From IMG/VR virus record IMGVR_UViG_3300014208_000003, positions 32,001 to 96,000 of that record: 64,000 nucleotides of DNA. One strand, given 5' to 3'. A program made the translations under genes and the position numbers. This document shows, one piece after another, positions 48,232 through 57,432 of this stretch (the first letter of the stretch is position 1; every line of letters starts with the position of its first letter). A model generated the notes under the pieces. The model did not search any database. It had not been told where the DNA came from and saw only the letters and a list, made by a program, of their open reading frames with translations. The DNA comes from a virus.

Positions 48232-49083
48232 TCAATTCCTTTCAACATAACAAACAGGAGGCATATTATTTTTGAATTCGTATTTAACATGTCTTGTGAT
48301 AAAAATGTTAAAAACCTTCTTTTGTTCAGGAGTCATTTCATCATATACTTTTACTGAACAACCATCTATCGAACCATTATCCCGAATTTGCTTTTTAACA
48401 TAACACCTCTGACCACCAAGCATTGATTCAAAAGTTTTCATAGCCCATTCCAAATCATCGTAGGAAGCTCCCAGTTGGCTTTCATCACTTCTACTATCAC
48501 TCCATAGCTCATCTGTTGGAACTGCCTTTGTAATAGCTTCTGATACGCCTAGAAATGAAGCTAGTTCTCTCACTTCGGACTTCATGAGATCACCGATGGG
48601 ACTAATATCTACGCCTCCATCTCCATACCGCGAAAAAAATGAAATTCCCGTATCTTCAATTTTATTTCCTGTTCCGACAACTAATCCACTAATTGTATTT
48701 GAAAACATATATAAAGAACACATGCGGATTCTTGAACTTAAATTTGCATAAGTAAGTTCCGGAACATCGTTGGGATATGTTTTAAGCATCTCATTAAAAG
48801 GAATACTCAAATCAATTTTATACACTTCAACGTTTGGATATTTCTCTTTCAACCAGTTACAGTGTTCCGAGGCTCTTGTTGTAATTTCTGATTCTTTACG
48901 ATTGATAGGAAGTTCTACTAAAATTGTTTTAATACCAGTAATAGCACATAATGTAGAAACTAATCCCGAATCAACTCCACCAGAAACACCAACAACGAAT
49001 CCTTTTGTCTTTGCTGTGTTGTTATTATAATCCGTTAACCATTCTGTAATCTGATTCTTAACATTCTCACAATCCATTTTCAA
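48232..49083 (-). CDS. nadE: NH3-dependent NAD+ synthetase
   Basis: GVSGGVDS, NLSSRIRM, GTGNKIE, YGDGGVD.SPIGDL.KSEV, DESQLGASY. Confidence 0.92.
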   Translation of the reverse strand: MKMDCENVKNQITEWLTDYNNNTAKTKGFVVGVSGGVDSGLVSTLCAITGIKTILVELPINRKESEITTRASEHCNWLKEKYPNVEVYKIDLSIPFNEMLKTYPNDVPELTYANLSSRIRMCSLYMFSNTISGLVVGTGNKIEDTGISFFSRYGDGGVDISPIGDLMKSEVRELASFLGVSEAITKAVPTDELWSDSRSDESQLGASYDDLEWAMKTFESMLGGQRCYVKKQIRDNGSIDGCSVKVYDEMTPEQKKVFNIFITRHVKYEFKNNMPPVCYVERN

Positions 49084-49113
49084 AATCTCCTTTTAAAGTA
49101 ATATAACCACTTT

Positions 49114-50274
49114 TTATTTTAATCCGAACGTTATTTTCAATCGTTTTTCAAAAGCACTATCTTCACACATTCCTTTTCCTTTTGAATCGGATATTTTAGC
49201 AACAGGAGAACCATTTACTTTTGTTAGCTTCATGACTATTTGTAACGGTTCTATTCCTGTATTGTTTGTGAAATATGTTCCGATCCCAAATTTAACATCA
49301 ATGAACGGATGATTGGTTGTTAGCATATATCTAAAAATATCATCACATGTTTTTGGTGTAAGTCCGTCTGAAAATAATAATTCTAAGTTCGGTTCTTCTG
49401 CTTCTGATTCACCGTAATGAGAAAGAACCTTATCGATAAATTCAAAAGGACTTCCGGAATCATGCCGAATAGTATTGAAATTATTTTTAAAGAAATCATC
49501 CCAATCATTCAGGAAAGCATCTATACCAATACAATCCGAAAGTGCTGTTGAAAGTTTGCCTCGGAATGTTAAAAGCCAATTGTTCAAAGCATCTATCTGA
49601 AAGTTTCTTAGATTATGTGAAAGGACTTGGAATGCCTGTAAATATTCATGTGCCATACTTCCGAAACATTTCAAATTATGTTTCATTGCAAAAAATACAT
49701 TAGATGTTCCGGAAAGATTCTTACATGATTTTATACAGGTTTCGTGCCACTTCTTTGATAGCCTTCTTCGAGTTCCCATATCAACAAAACTAACACCTAA
49801 ATTTTCACAATCAATATTAAAAATGTCTAGTCTTAATCTGGCTTCTTTCATGTCTACTTTTTGATGTTTAAAATATATCTCGTTAACAATAGCCAGTATA
49901 GGAACTTCTGCAAAAACAGCTATATCCAATCTGCCTTCAACATCAATATTCAACTCATTATTCCGATCATAAATTGCAATATGGATGTCATTAAGATCTA
50001 TACGAAGAAGAAATTCATTAATAAAATCATCATCAAATAAATTTAACGAATGAAGATATCCAAGTTCTTCCGGAATATTGCATTTAATGTTTTGCCATAG
50101 TTTGATCTCTTTCTCTATTTCTTTTTTATATGGTAGGAGATCTTTTGCATTACGACACTTGAATTTATATTGTACAACAGGGGTTTCAATATTCATTCTC
50201 TGACAATATTTTCTATAACTATAAGACATAGAAAACTTATAAAGATCTGTGTCTAGAAATGACGTGATTATCAT
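49114..50274 (-). CDS. pncB: Nicotinate phosphoribosyltransferase
   Basis: DTDLYKF, DMGTRRR, GTSNV, GSMAHE, RHDSG, FSDGL, FGIGT, VAKISD. Confidence 0.92.
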   Translation of the reverse strand: MIITSFLDTDLYKFSMSYSYRKYCQRMNIETPVVQYKFKCRNAKDLLPYKKEIEKEIKLWQNIKCNIPEELGYLHSLNLFDDDFINEFLLRIDLNDIHIAIYDRNNELNIDVEGRLDIAVFAEVPILAIVNEIYFKHQKVDMKEARLRLDIFNIDCENLGVSFVDMGTRRRLSKKWHETCIKSCKNLSGTSNVFFAMKHNLKCFGSMAHEYLQAFQVLSHNLRNFQIDALNNWLLTFRGKLSTALSDCIGIDAFLNDWDDFFKNNFNTIRHDSGSPFEFIDKVLSHYGESEAEEPNLELLFSDGLTPKTCDDIFRYMLTTNHPFIDVKFGIGTYFTNNTGIEPLQIVMKLTKVNGSPVAKISDSKGKGMCEDSAFEKRLKITFGLK

Positions 50275-50558
50275 TTTTTATTTTTCCCTGTTAAATATTT
50301 GATTTTTGCTTCTTCCCATTTCTCAGATAAAAAACTATGTGCGAAATGACTAGTTACAATTATTAAACACGATGCGGATATACAGATTACACCGAGTTCA
50401 TGAGAAGGGATATTAAAATTCCAGATATAATTCATAAGAGAACCTATACACCAAGTTGAACCCACTAATATTCCTATAAGTATACTGATTTTAAGAGCAA
50501 ATATAACAAGTCCTTTTAACACATCCCATAAAAATAATAACAAGACTTTCAAAAACAT
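50271..50558 (-). CDS. Membrane protein
   Basis: Hydrophobic helices. Confidence 0.5.
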   Translation of the reverse strand: MFLKVLLLFLWDVLKGLVIFALKISILIGILVGSTWCIGSLMNYIWNFNIPSHELGVICISASCLIIVTSHFAHSFLSEKWEEAKIKYLTGKNKK

Positions 50559-50882
50559 TCAAACCTCCAACATTTTAATTAGTTTCACATTATATTTTCC
50601 AATTAGTTTTTTACATTTATTACAAGGCTCTATTGGCAACAAATCACCTCTAGGATTGACTCGGAATAATATCATAGTTGTTATTTTTCCACCATGTTTA
50701 CTAATAGCGTTTTGTTCAGCGTGATTTCCGGCACCTCTTTTATTGAACTTCCCGGGTGTGTTTGTGTGGACTCCTATTAACTCACCTCTTTTATTCAGGC
50801 ATATTACGGAAATCTTAAACTTACAATGAGATTTCTGAGCCTTTGTGATAGCTGTTTTATAATACTTTTTATTGATAGTCAT
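50559..50882 (-). CDS. Zinc-dependent cytidine/dCMP deaminase-like protein
   Basis: HAE...PCNKC. Confidence 0.7.
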   Translation of the reverse strand: MTINKKYYKTAITKAQKSHCKFKISVICLNKRGELIGVHTNTPGKFNKRGAGNHAEQNAISKHGGKITTMILFRVNPRGDLLPIEPCNKCKKLIGKYNVKLIKMLEV

Positions 50883-51091
50883 GAGTTGTAATCATTCAAA
50901 CCATTAAGACCGTTATTCATAATTTGTTTATCACCTTCCAAATTATATACTTCAACATGTTTTTTATTGATGTCTTTTAATATCCAGTATAAACGGAATA
51001 TAGACTTTCGATTACCAAGCCATTCCAGTTTATCATCCGCATCTAATTTATCTTCCGAATTTGTTACATACCATATCAATCTGAATCTCAT
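50879..51091 (-). CDS. Hypothetical protein
   Basis: Coupled ORF. Confidence 0.5.
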   Translation of the reverse strand: MRFRLIWYVTNSEDKLDADDKLEWLGNRKSIFRLYWILKDINKKHVEVYNLEGDKQIMNNGLNGLNDYNS

Positions 51092-51336
51092 ATAGTAACT
51101 TTCAAAATCTTTTTAACAGGGAGTAATTGAAGAGTATTTCCAGTATATGCGATCACTAGTTGAAAATTATCCTTTATATTATCTTGATGTATATAATAAC
51201 ATGTATCGTGACGTAAACTTAATGAGTACAATTTATATATCATATTTTTGATTTCCACCACACTAAAATTTTGATTATAAAAGGTAGAATTGGTACTGTC
51301 TATAAATTTTACAACATCATACACGTTAAATTTCAT
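51088..51336 (-). CDS. Hypothetical protein with LLPVKKxLKV tail
   Basis: C-terminus QLLPVKKILKVTI. Confidence 0.55.
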   Translation of the reverse strand: MKFNVYDVVKFIDSTNSTFYNQNFSVVEIKNMIYKLYSLSLRHDTCYYIHQDNIKDNFQLVIAYTGNTLQLLPVKKILKVTI

Positions 51337-51536
51337 AACATACTCACTTTCAAAACTTTTTTAACAGGAAGTAGATCAATTTTATTCGGATCTTTTTTAA
51401 TTTTTTCTTTAGAGAAGTGTGTTAAATAATAGTTATAATAATCTTCGCGATTGTTTAGCACCCGCCCAAAATCATCGGGGTAAATTTTGCTTGTCATATA
51501 GTCAAATTTACTTAGCGTGGTGAAGTCGAATACCAT
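51333..51536 (-). CDS. Hypothetical protein with LLPVKKxLKV tail
   Basis: C-terminus DLLPVKKVLKVSML. Confidence 0.55.
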   Translation of the reverse strand: MVFDFTTLSKFDYMTSKIYPDDFGRVLNNREDYYNYYLTHFSKEKIKKDPNKIDLLPVKKVLKVSML

Positions 51537-51552
51537 ATTTTTCCTTTTCTAA

Positions 51553-51581
51553 AATATAATAGATGAAAGTTTTAAATCCTA
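51553..51581 (-). promoter_or_regulatory. Early promoter TAGGAT-N17-TATATT upstream of the operon containing the NAD genes
   Basis: AACTTTCATCTATTATATTTT identical to the 24338-24358 copy. Confidence 0.65.
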
Positions 51582-51582
51582 A

Positions 51583-51831
51583 TTATTTCTCAGTAATTAT
51601 TTGAATAGTTCCGATTATTGATATATTTTTATCCAACTCTATCCAATTCTTATAAAAAACAATTTTCTTAACATTCCGGAAAACTCCTACTGTGTCACCT
51701 CCGGAAAATTGAACCACCGTGTATGTTTCTGATTTGTTAGACCGTTGATCTTTTTTATCCGATTCAATTAAAATCAAAGTAACAAAACTGAAAAATAATA
51801 TTGTCCCTATGACTACTAACAAGGCTTTCAT
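51583..51831 (-). CDS. Membrane-anchored hypothetical protein
   Basis: N-terminal TM helix. Confidence 0.5.
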   Translation of the reverse strand: MKALLVVIGTILFFSFVTLILIESDKKDQRSNKSETYTVVQFSGGDTVGVFRNVKKIVFYKNWIELDKNISIIGTIQIITEK

Positions 51832-52499
51832 GATTCGTTCTCGTGAATATAGGTGTCAACTTCATCCAGATCCATTTCAATAAAAGTTCCTCGGGAATAT
51901 AGTTTAAAAAGTTCTCCTTCAAAACCATACAGACCACCAAGAATCATATTACTTTTTAATTCTTTTCTGTCTAAATGCACATTACAAATTTTATTGTTGT
52001 TAATCATTAATCGGATATCACATAAATATTCACGTTTGCCTTCTTCCTTATCAAAACCGACGTGTGTAAAACCATGTGAATCGGATGTAATAAATGTAAT
52101 ATTGTGTCCTTGTTCTTCATCATCTAAATCTTCTTTGAATTTATCTACCAGCTCGGATATTTTAATTTTTTCCGGAACTTGCTCTAGAAGAATTTCGTCC
52201 ATCATTTTCTTTGATTTTTCAATACCATATTCCGTCAATGCTTTTTCAATAGTGTTTTTAACCAGCACAGAAAGATTGTGATTATATTCCGCGAAGTTTG
52301 TTTTAGATAGATCAAGACAAATGTTTTCTTTAATTTGGTTTTCGATCTGTTTTGCAATATCTCCGTAGCTAGAAAATAATCTCTGACATGTGCTTCTAAC
52401 CATTTCGGTAGTTTCTTTTTCAATGATCTTGTTAAAAGAACCATCCTCGATCATTTTCTGAATTTGCTCGGATAATAGTGTTTGTAAATCAATTTGCAT
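51828..52499 (-). CDS. Hypothetical phage protein
   Basis: 223-aa coupled ORF with GGAG SD. Confidence 0.6.
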   Translation of the reverse strand: MQIDLQTLLSEQIQKMIEDGSFNKIIEKETTEMVRSTCQRLFSSYGDIAKQIENQIKENICLDLSKTNFAEYNHNLSVLVKNTIEKALTEYGIEKSKKMMDEILLEQVPEKIKISELVDKFKEDLDDEEQGHNITFITSDSHGFTHVGFDKEEGKREYLCDIRLMINNNKICNVHLDRKELKSNMILGGLYGFEGELFKLYSRGTFIEMDLDEVDTYIHENES

Positions 52500-53841
52500 T
52501 TGTTACTCCTTCTGTTTCTATGTTATCTTCTGGTTCGGCGCTTTCTATATCAACGGTTCCGGTATCTAGTTCTTTTGTTTCAAATTCAAGAAATTTAAAT
52601 GATTTCAATTTGTAAACGTCGATATCATTAACTTCTCTTCTTAATACAATACCCTCGCTTGGAACTTTATTCAAGCAGTATTCGCATTCTTTTTCCAGAT
52701 ATGTTTCTTTTAATTTATTGATGAATGTTTCCTGCCATACTTTCAAACCTTCTTCGGAATCAATATCTGTAATAGGAATATCATACATGTCTTTAGCATA
52801 ACCATAATAGAATTGTTTTACGGCATTCAAACCCTTTTCTCTACACCAATCCTGAACTTGTTTCGCCGACCATTCAAAAACATCGCCCTGAGCATTTACA
52901 GAAGTGATACGATAAATATGTACAGAGAAATTATTTGGTTCGTTCCCATAATCAAAACTTTTCTGTATCATTCCACCAGAAGGAAGATGACCAACAATTT
53001 CCGCATAATAAGTCATACCTTGTTTCAGAGTATCTTTTATTTTATCTGCTGCTAGAGTCCATATATCTTCTTTATAAAAATGTTGGTGTACTTTATTCAG
53101 GTCATCGTTTTTCACCACTTTTCTTGATGAAACGATAGTTGCATATTCGGTATCAACAATGTTTACTTTAAGAAATTTTAAAATCTTTTCCGGAATACTT
53201 AATTTCTTTTTGCAGAGAATGTTTCCAACTATTAATGATGACCCATGCCATTTAGATGTAATGGATATAATATCTTTCGGTTTAATCTTCCACAAATTCT
53301 TCGCTAATTGCATTGTGTCAATATGATAGTGAAATTGATTCTCTAAAAGTCTAGATACCTTTTTCTTAAAACCCTTCTTCAAATTATTTTTTTCGGATCT
53401 GGAATACTGTACTCTTATAACATACTTCTTACAAATCTTTATTCCGGAAACCTCGTCAAAAGAATCCCCTATATTGAAACAGTATTTTGTAAATGATAGG
53501 CTTTCGATAGGTAGAAAAATTCCCATGCTTTTCTGATTACGGAACTTTATGCAACGAATTCTTCCGGACTCATCGAAATAACCCTTCTTTGTTTTATCTA
53601 CATTCAATTCTGCTTTTCTATATAAGTTATTCTGTGATAAAAACTGTTCGGATAATTGGCATTCAACAGGAAAGAAAACTCCTATCTGTCCTATTTGTGT
53701 ATCTTTTCCTACAATAACCTGATTACCATAAATAATAGCACCTACTACATTATCACAATTTTCCAGAGGTATTAATGTTTTTATTTCAACAATCTCTCCG
53801 CAATAATTCTCGTTCTCGGGTTTCTTTAGACTCATTTTCAT
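52489..53841 (-). CDS. RNA ligase (N-terminal OB fold + nucleotidyltransferase; DRB0094/Rnl5-like)
   Basis: PLENCDN, S.GIFLP, TSKWHGS, YAEIVG, SEGIVLR, YKLKS. Confidence 0.7.
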   Translation of the reverse strand: MKMSLKKPENENYCGEIVEIKTLIPLENCDNVVGAIIYGNQVIVGKDTQIGQIGVFFPVECQLSEQFLSQNNLYRKAELNVDKTKKGYFDESGRIRCIKFRNQKSMGIFLPIESLSFTKYCFNIGDSFDEVSGIKICKKYVIRVQYSRSEKNNLKKGFKKKVSRLLENQFHYHIDTMQLAKNLWKIKPKDIISITSKWHGSSLIVGNILCKKKLSIPEKILKFLKVNIVDTEYATIVSSRKVVKNDDLNKVHQHFYKEDIWTLAADKIKDTLKQGMTYYAEIVGHLPSGGMIQKSFDYGNEPNNFSVHIYRITSVNAQGDVFEWSAKQVQDWCREKGLNAVKQFYYGYAKDMYDIPITDIDSEEGLKVWQETFINKLKETYLEKECEYCLNKVPSEGIVLRREVNDIDVYKLKSFKFLEFETKELDTGTVDIESAEPEDNIETEGVTNAN

Positions 53842-54325
53842 ATTCCTTTTTTAACGTGTATATTTTATTTATGCTTACCGGATAAAAATCATTATTATCT
53901 ACACCAACATCATATTGCAAACCTTGACCTTTTAAATTACCGTGAGAATGTCCGAAACACTGAAAGCTACCGTAATGACTTCTTGTCCAAACCCTTCCCG
54001 CATAATGATCGCAAACAACATACAGACCATCAATATTTTTCTCCCACCGTTCATGATATTTTTCTTTATCTAACCATCCATCATGTGAACCTCTTAGAAA
54101 AATATGATTACCAGTTAATTTTGAAACATAATTTTCATAAACAAAATCACAATTGTGTAATAGTGTAAAATCTCCACAATGAATTACTGTATCATTATCC
54201 TTTACTACCGAATTGTGCCTTTTAATTATCTCATTATCCATTTCTAACACTGTCAAAAAAGGTCTGGAACAATATAGGATTATGTTGTTGTGTCCGTAAT
54301 GTTGATCCGCCGTGAAAAAATACAT
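53786..54325 (-). CDS. Calcineurin-like metallophosphoesterase
   Basis: FTADQHYGH, HCGDF, RGSHD, GHSHG, DVGVD. Confidence 0.85.
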   Translation of the reverse strand: MYFFTADQHYGHNNIILYCSRPFLTVLEMDNEIIKRHNSVVKDNDTVIHCGDFTLLHNCDFVYENYVSKLTGNHIFLRGSHDGWLDKEKYHERWEKNIDGLYVVCDHYAGRVWTRSHYGSFQCFGHSHGNLKGQGLQYDVGVDNNDFYPVSINKIYTLKKEYENESKETRERELLRRDC

Positions 54326-54334
54326 TTAATCCCC

Positions 54335-54607
54335 TTAATCTATTATTTTCTTAACTATTACTTTCGCTTTATCTACCCAATTATTAAACGTCAATTCTAC
54401 TTCATCTCCAACCTTTTTATTTTTCAGATATTTCAACCGCGATATTCCATGACCTAAAGAACAGTTTTCTAAATTTTCTTCCGGAATTTTGCTCATATCT
54501 TGTTCGGTGTTATCTTTTATATTAGTTATTTTAATCTTTCTCCATATAGATCCATCACAAGAAACTTTTTCGCAATTAGCACATACAGTTATAGTTTTTG
54601 TTGGCAT
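54335..54607 (-). CDS. Hypothetical protein
   Basis: CxxC-containing ORF, AAGGA SD. Confidence 0.5.
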   Translation of the reverse strand: MPTKTITVCANCEKVSCDGSIWRKIKITNIKDNTEQDMSKIPEENLENCSLGHGISRLKYLKNKKVGDEVELTFNNWVDKAKVIVKKIID

Positions 54608-54619
54608 TTATTGTTCCTT

Positions 54620-54910
54620 TTAAATTTCCATACCGTGTGATTCTTGTTCCCGAAATCTTTTTAAATCTATCTCAAAGAATGGTTCCGCAATTTTATCGTT
54701 AACAATTTTTCTAATATCTTCCGGAACATTCCTACAAATTAAATTATAATCTCTAAATCCTTTTATTAGTTTCATTTCTCCATTATATTTTTCATATCTT
54801 ATAAAACAAGATACAATCGAATGAATTTTACTTTTACATTCGCCAACATATCTATAAAACGTTCCACCTAAATCGGCTTCGTCAATAAATTCCCAATATT
54901 CTTCAACCAT
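54620..54910 (-). CDS. PE...PF-family paralogue (long), orphan copy
   Basis: VPEDIRKIVNDKIAEPFFEIDLKR. Confidence 0.75.
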   Translation of the reverse strand: MVEEYWEFIDEADLGGTFYRYVGECKSKIHSIVSCFIRYEKYNGEMKLIKGFRDYNLICRNVPEDIRKIVNDKIAEPFFEIDLKRFREQESHGMEI

Positions 54911-55244
54911 TTTTAATTTTCAGATATAGGTTTCTTTTATATTCATTTCGGTGTGGATGACAGAATCTTTGGATATGAGTTGTGTCTATAGAAAGTTCTG
55001 TTTTATAGGGAGTACCACAACAATCACAGTTTCGTACATAAAGAGTTTGTTCCGGATATTTCTCTACTTTAATCCACATTTTACTATAATTTTTCAGTTC
55101 TTCGTTATCTCCTCTTTTTCTTCCGGTATTGCAATTAGAACAGAAAACTTTATTGTCTTTAATATTGTACATTTGTTTTCCGCATTCTTTACATGTACGG
55201 TTGTATTTTGTAGCTCTTGTTCTGAAATAGTTTTGAAGTGACAT
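54903..55244 (-). CDS. Zinc-finger protein
   Basis: CKECG, CSNC, CDCCG. Confidence 0.55.
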   Translation of the reverse strand: MSLQNYFRTRATKYNRTCKECGKQMYNIKDNKVFCSNCNTGRKRGDNEELKNYSKMWIKVEKYPEQTLYVRNCDCCGTPYKTELSIDTTHIQRFCHPHRNEYKRNLYLKIKNG

Positions 55245-55264
55245 GTTGTTCCTTTTATAGTTGT

Positions 55265-56430
55265 TTAAGATTCGTGTCTATCTAAATGAGCTACTTCACC
55301 CCAATCAACAGGGGGTTTATTCTGTTTGTTGGTCATAAGCCATAATACTTTTGTTTTAGAAGGTTTAGTTGGAGCATCTGCAAAACCATCTGTGTAAATT
55401 ATAAGTCCGTCAATATTTTCTTTTTCTGCTAGGTTTATAATTGCCTGAAAATCTGTACCACCTCTACCATGAACTTTTACAGAATCTTTTGCCTTTCTCC
55501 ATTTTTTCTCTATATGCTTAATTTCTGTATCAAACTGTACACAAGAAAGTTCGGAATGCTTACAGACAGAATTGATTACCGAAAATGCTTCTGCTAAATC
55601 TTGATCTGAAACACTTCCGGAAACATCAACAGAAAACATAATTTTACTTTTATAATCTCTTCTATGTCCCGGAACTTCAAATTCTCTTCTCCGGTTCATT
55701 TTCATTCTAATTGCGTGTTGCTGTGTAGTTGTTACCGATGTTGTGAACCTTCTTAGAATATCTCTCCAATAAATTTTAGGAGTAACAGAAGCAATAATAT
55801 CACCGACAGCTTTACCAGTATATTTTCCCCATTGCTTTGATGATCCTTTATTTTGATTTATCAGTTCTTTTACTTCTGCATCCATTAACTGATTTTCTTC
55901 CCAGTATTTCGCAGTATCACCAAGTTGTTTCATATACTCTTTTAAATCTTTGGTTGCTTTCGAATCTCCTTTTTGTGGTTCGAGATTCATCATAGTAGAA
56001 GGAATTTTTGGTGTATTTTCTTCCAACCATTTAAAAAAGAATTCGTAATAAGCATTATCCTTGAAATCATCAATACCAAACATTTCAGGAGTTAATGTCT
56101 TTGATTCGGAGCAGTCGTGCAAGCAGTTATTTACGGTCAAATTACTTGCTAGTGCTGCGAGTTCCCTTGGTGACTTTAAACGTGTTGTGGGATGTCTGTA
56201 GAGCATTCTGAAGCCTTCCGATACCAAAACAAATTCCAGAACCTCATCGTTTATTTTATTAATGTATTCCGGATTATATTTCAAAGATGGTCTGGAACCT
56301 CTTGGATCGATAGCTACGGTTTTAATTGTAGTATCTTCTTCTTTTTCTAATAAGCAATATGTCTGAAGTAAAACTGGATCGTTAAAGAAAAATTTTGTAA
56401 TCTGGTTTTCAATACGGTCTTTAGCACTCA
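55265..56430 (-). CDS. vWA-domain protein with degenerate DUF2201-type peptidase domain (MoxR partner)
   Basis: VDVSGS MIDAS, GRGGTDF, YTDG; expected HExxH reads SEGFR..YRH. Confidence 0.8.
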
Positions 56431-56685
56431 TGAAGTCTTTTCTCCTGTAAATCGATTCCACATAGTTCCACAGTCAGGACATTTCCAATAAGAGATACCG
56501 TCATATTTTTGTGCATCTTCTACACCAATCAATCTTGAAAATCTGTATGGTGGGGAATAATATTGTTTGACTGTGATTTCAATTTCTTCTTTTGTTTTCC
56601 ACGGTTCTTGTTCATGAAGTTTTTCGACAATTGATCCACCATCCCACGAAGAACCACATTCCGGACATTTTTTTAATTTTTCCAT
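56428..56685 (-). CDS. Zinc-ribbon protein
   Basis: CPECG...YDGISYWKCPDCG..WNRFTG. Confidence 0.6.
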   Translation of the reverse strand: MEKLKKCPECGSSWDGGSIVEKLHEQEPWKTKEEIEITVKQYYSPPYRFSRLIGVEDAQKYDGISYWKCPDCGTMWNRFTGEKTS

Positions 56686-56906
56686 TTAACACCATTTCTT
56701 CATAAAGTCATTGGATTCTAACACATGGAGATCTGTCAAAAAATTATGGTACACATTCATCTGCATTTTTCCTTCTTCGTTACCATCTAATCTATCTCGT
56801 TTTTCAATTTTTCGATGTTCAATTCTTTGTAATAATTCATCATCGATATTATCAAACATAAAACTCCCTTCGATTCAATTATTTGTGATTTGTTTGCAGA
56901 GATTAT

Positions 56907-56935
56907 AATATAACTGTTAATGATTCATAAACCAA
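56907..56935 (-). promoter_or_regulatory. Early promoter TTGGTT-N17-TATATT
   Basis: Matches consensus; heads the vWA/RNA ligase operon. Confidence 0.55.
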
Positions 56936-56939
56936 ATAA

Positions 56940-56965
56940 AAAAGAGGAACCAAAGCCCCTCTTTT
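56940..56965 (-). terminator. Intrinsic terminator after hsp20
   Basis: AAAAGAGG...CCTCTTTT hairpin plus T tract. Confidence 0.55.
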
Positions 56966-56991
56966 GAAATTAAACTTCATAACTTAATTTT

Positions 56992-57396
56992 TTAACTAAC
57001 CGTAATTACTTTTTCTTTTTCCGGAACAGCTTCTACTATTAACAATCCATCAACCATTTTTGCCGTGACAGATTCCGGAACAAATAACACCTTTAAATTT
57101 GTGGTGAATGAGTAATCTTTAACCACATTGTCGTTCTGTTTTACTGTGATGGATATTGTCTGACCTCTTACCGAGACACTTACAGATTCTTTTTTAATAC
57201 CGGCTAATTTAAATGATGCCTTGAATGAATTAATAGTGTCTGTAATTATTGTACAAACATTATCAGGTACAATATAAAGATCATCACTTGACCATTCTAA
57301 ATTTGTGGTTCGGTGTGTTAGAGGAAACCAACCGCTCAGATCATAGTTTGAATTATACGGAAAGCTAGGGAAACTCGGAAAACTAATTAGACACAT
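56992..57396 (-). CDS. Small heat-shock protein (Hsp20/alpha-crystallin-like)
   Basis: LAGIKKESVSVSV.G..ISI, VTAKMVDGLLIV. Confidence 0.75.
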   Translation of the reverse strand: MCLISFPSFPSFPYNSNYDLSGWFPLTHRTTNLEWSSDDLYIVPDNVCTIITDTINSFKASFKLAGIKKESVSVSVRGQTISITVKQNDNVVKDYSFTTNLKVLFVPESVTAKMVDGLLIVEAVPEKEKVITVS

Positions 57397-57432
57397 ATAA
57401 AACTCCTTTGTTTAAAATTTACAAAATATATC

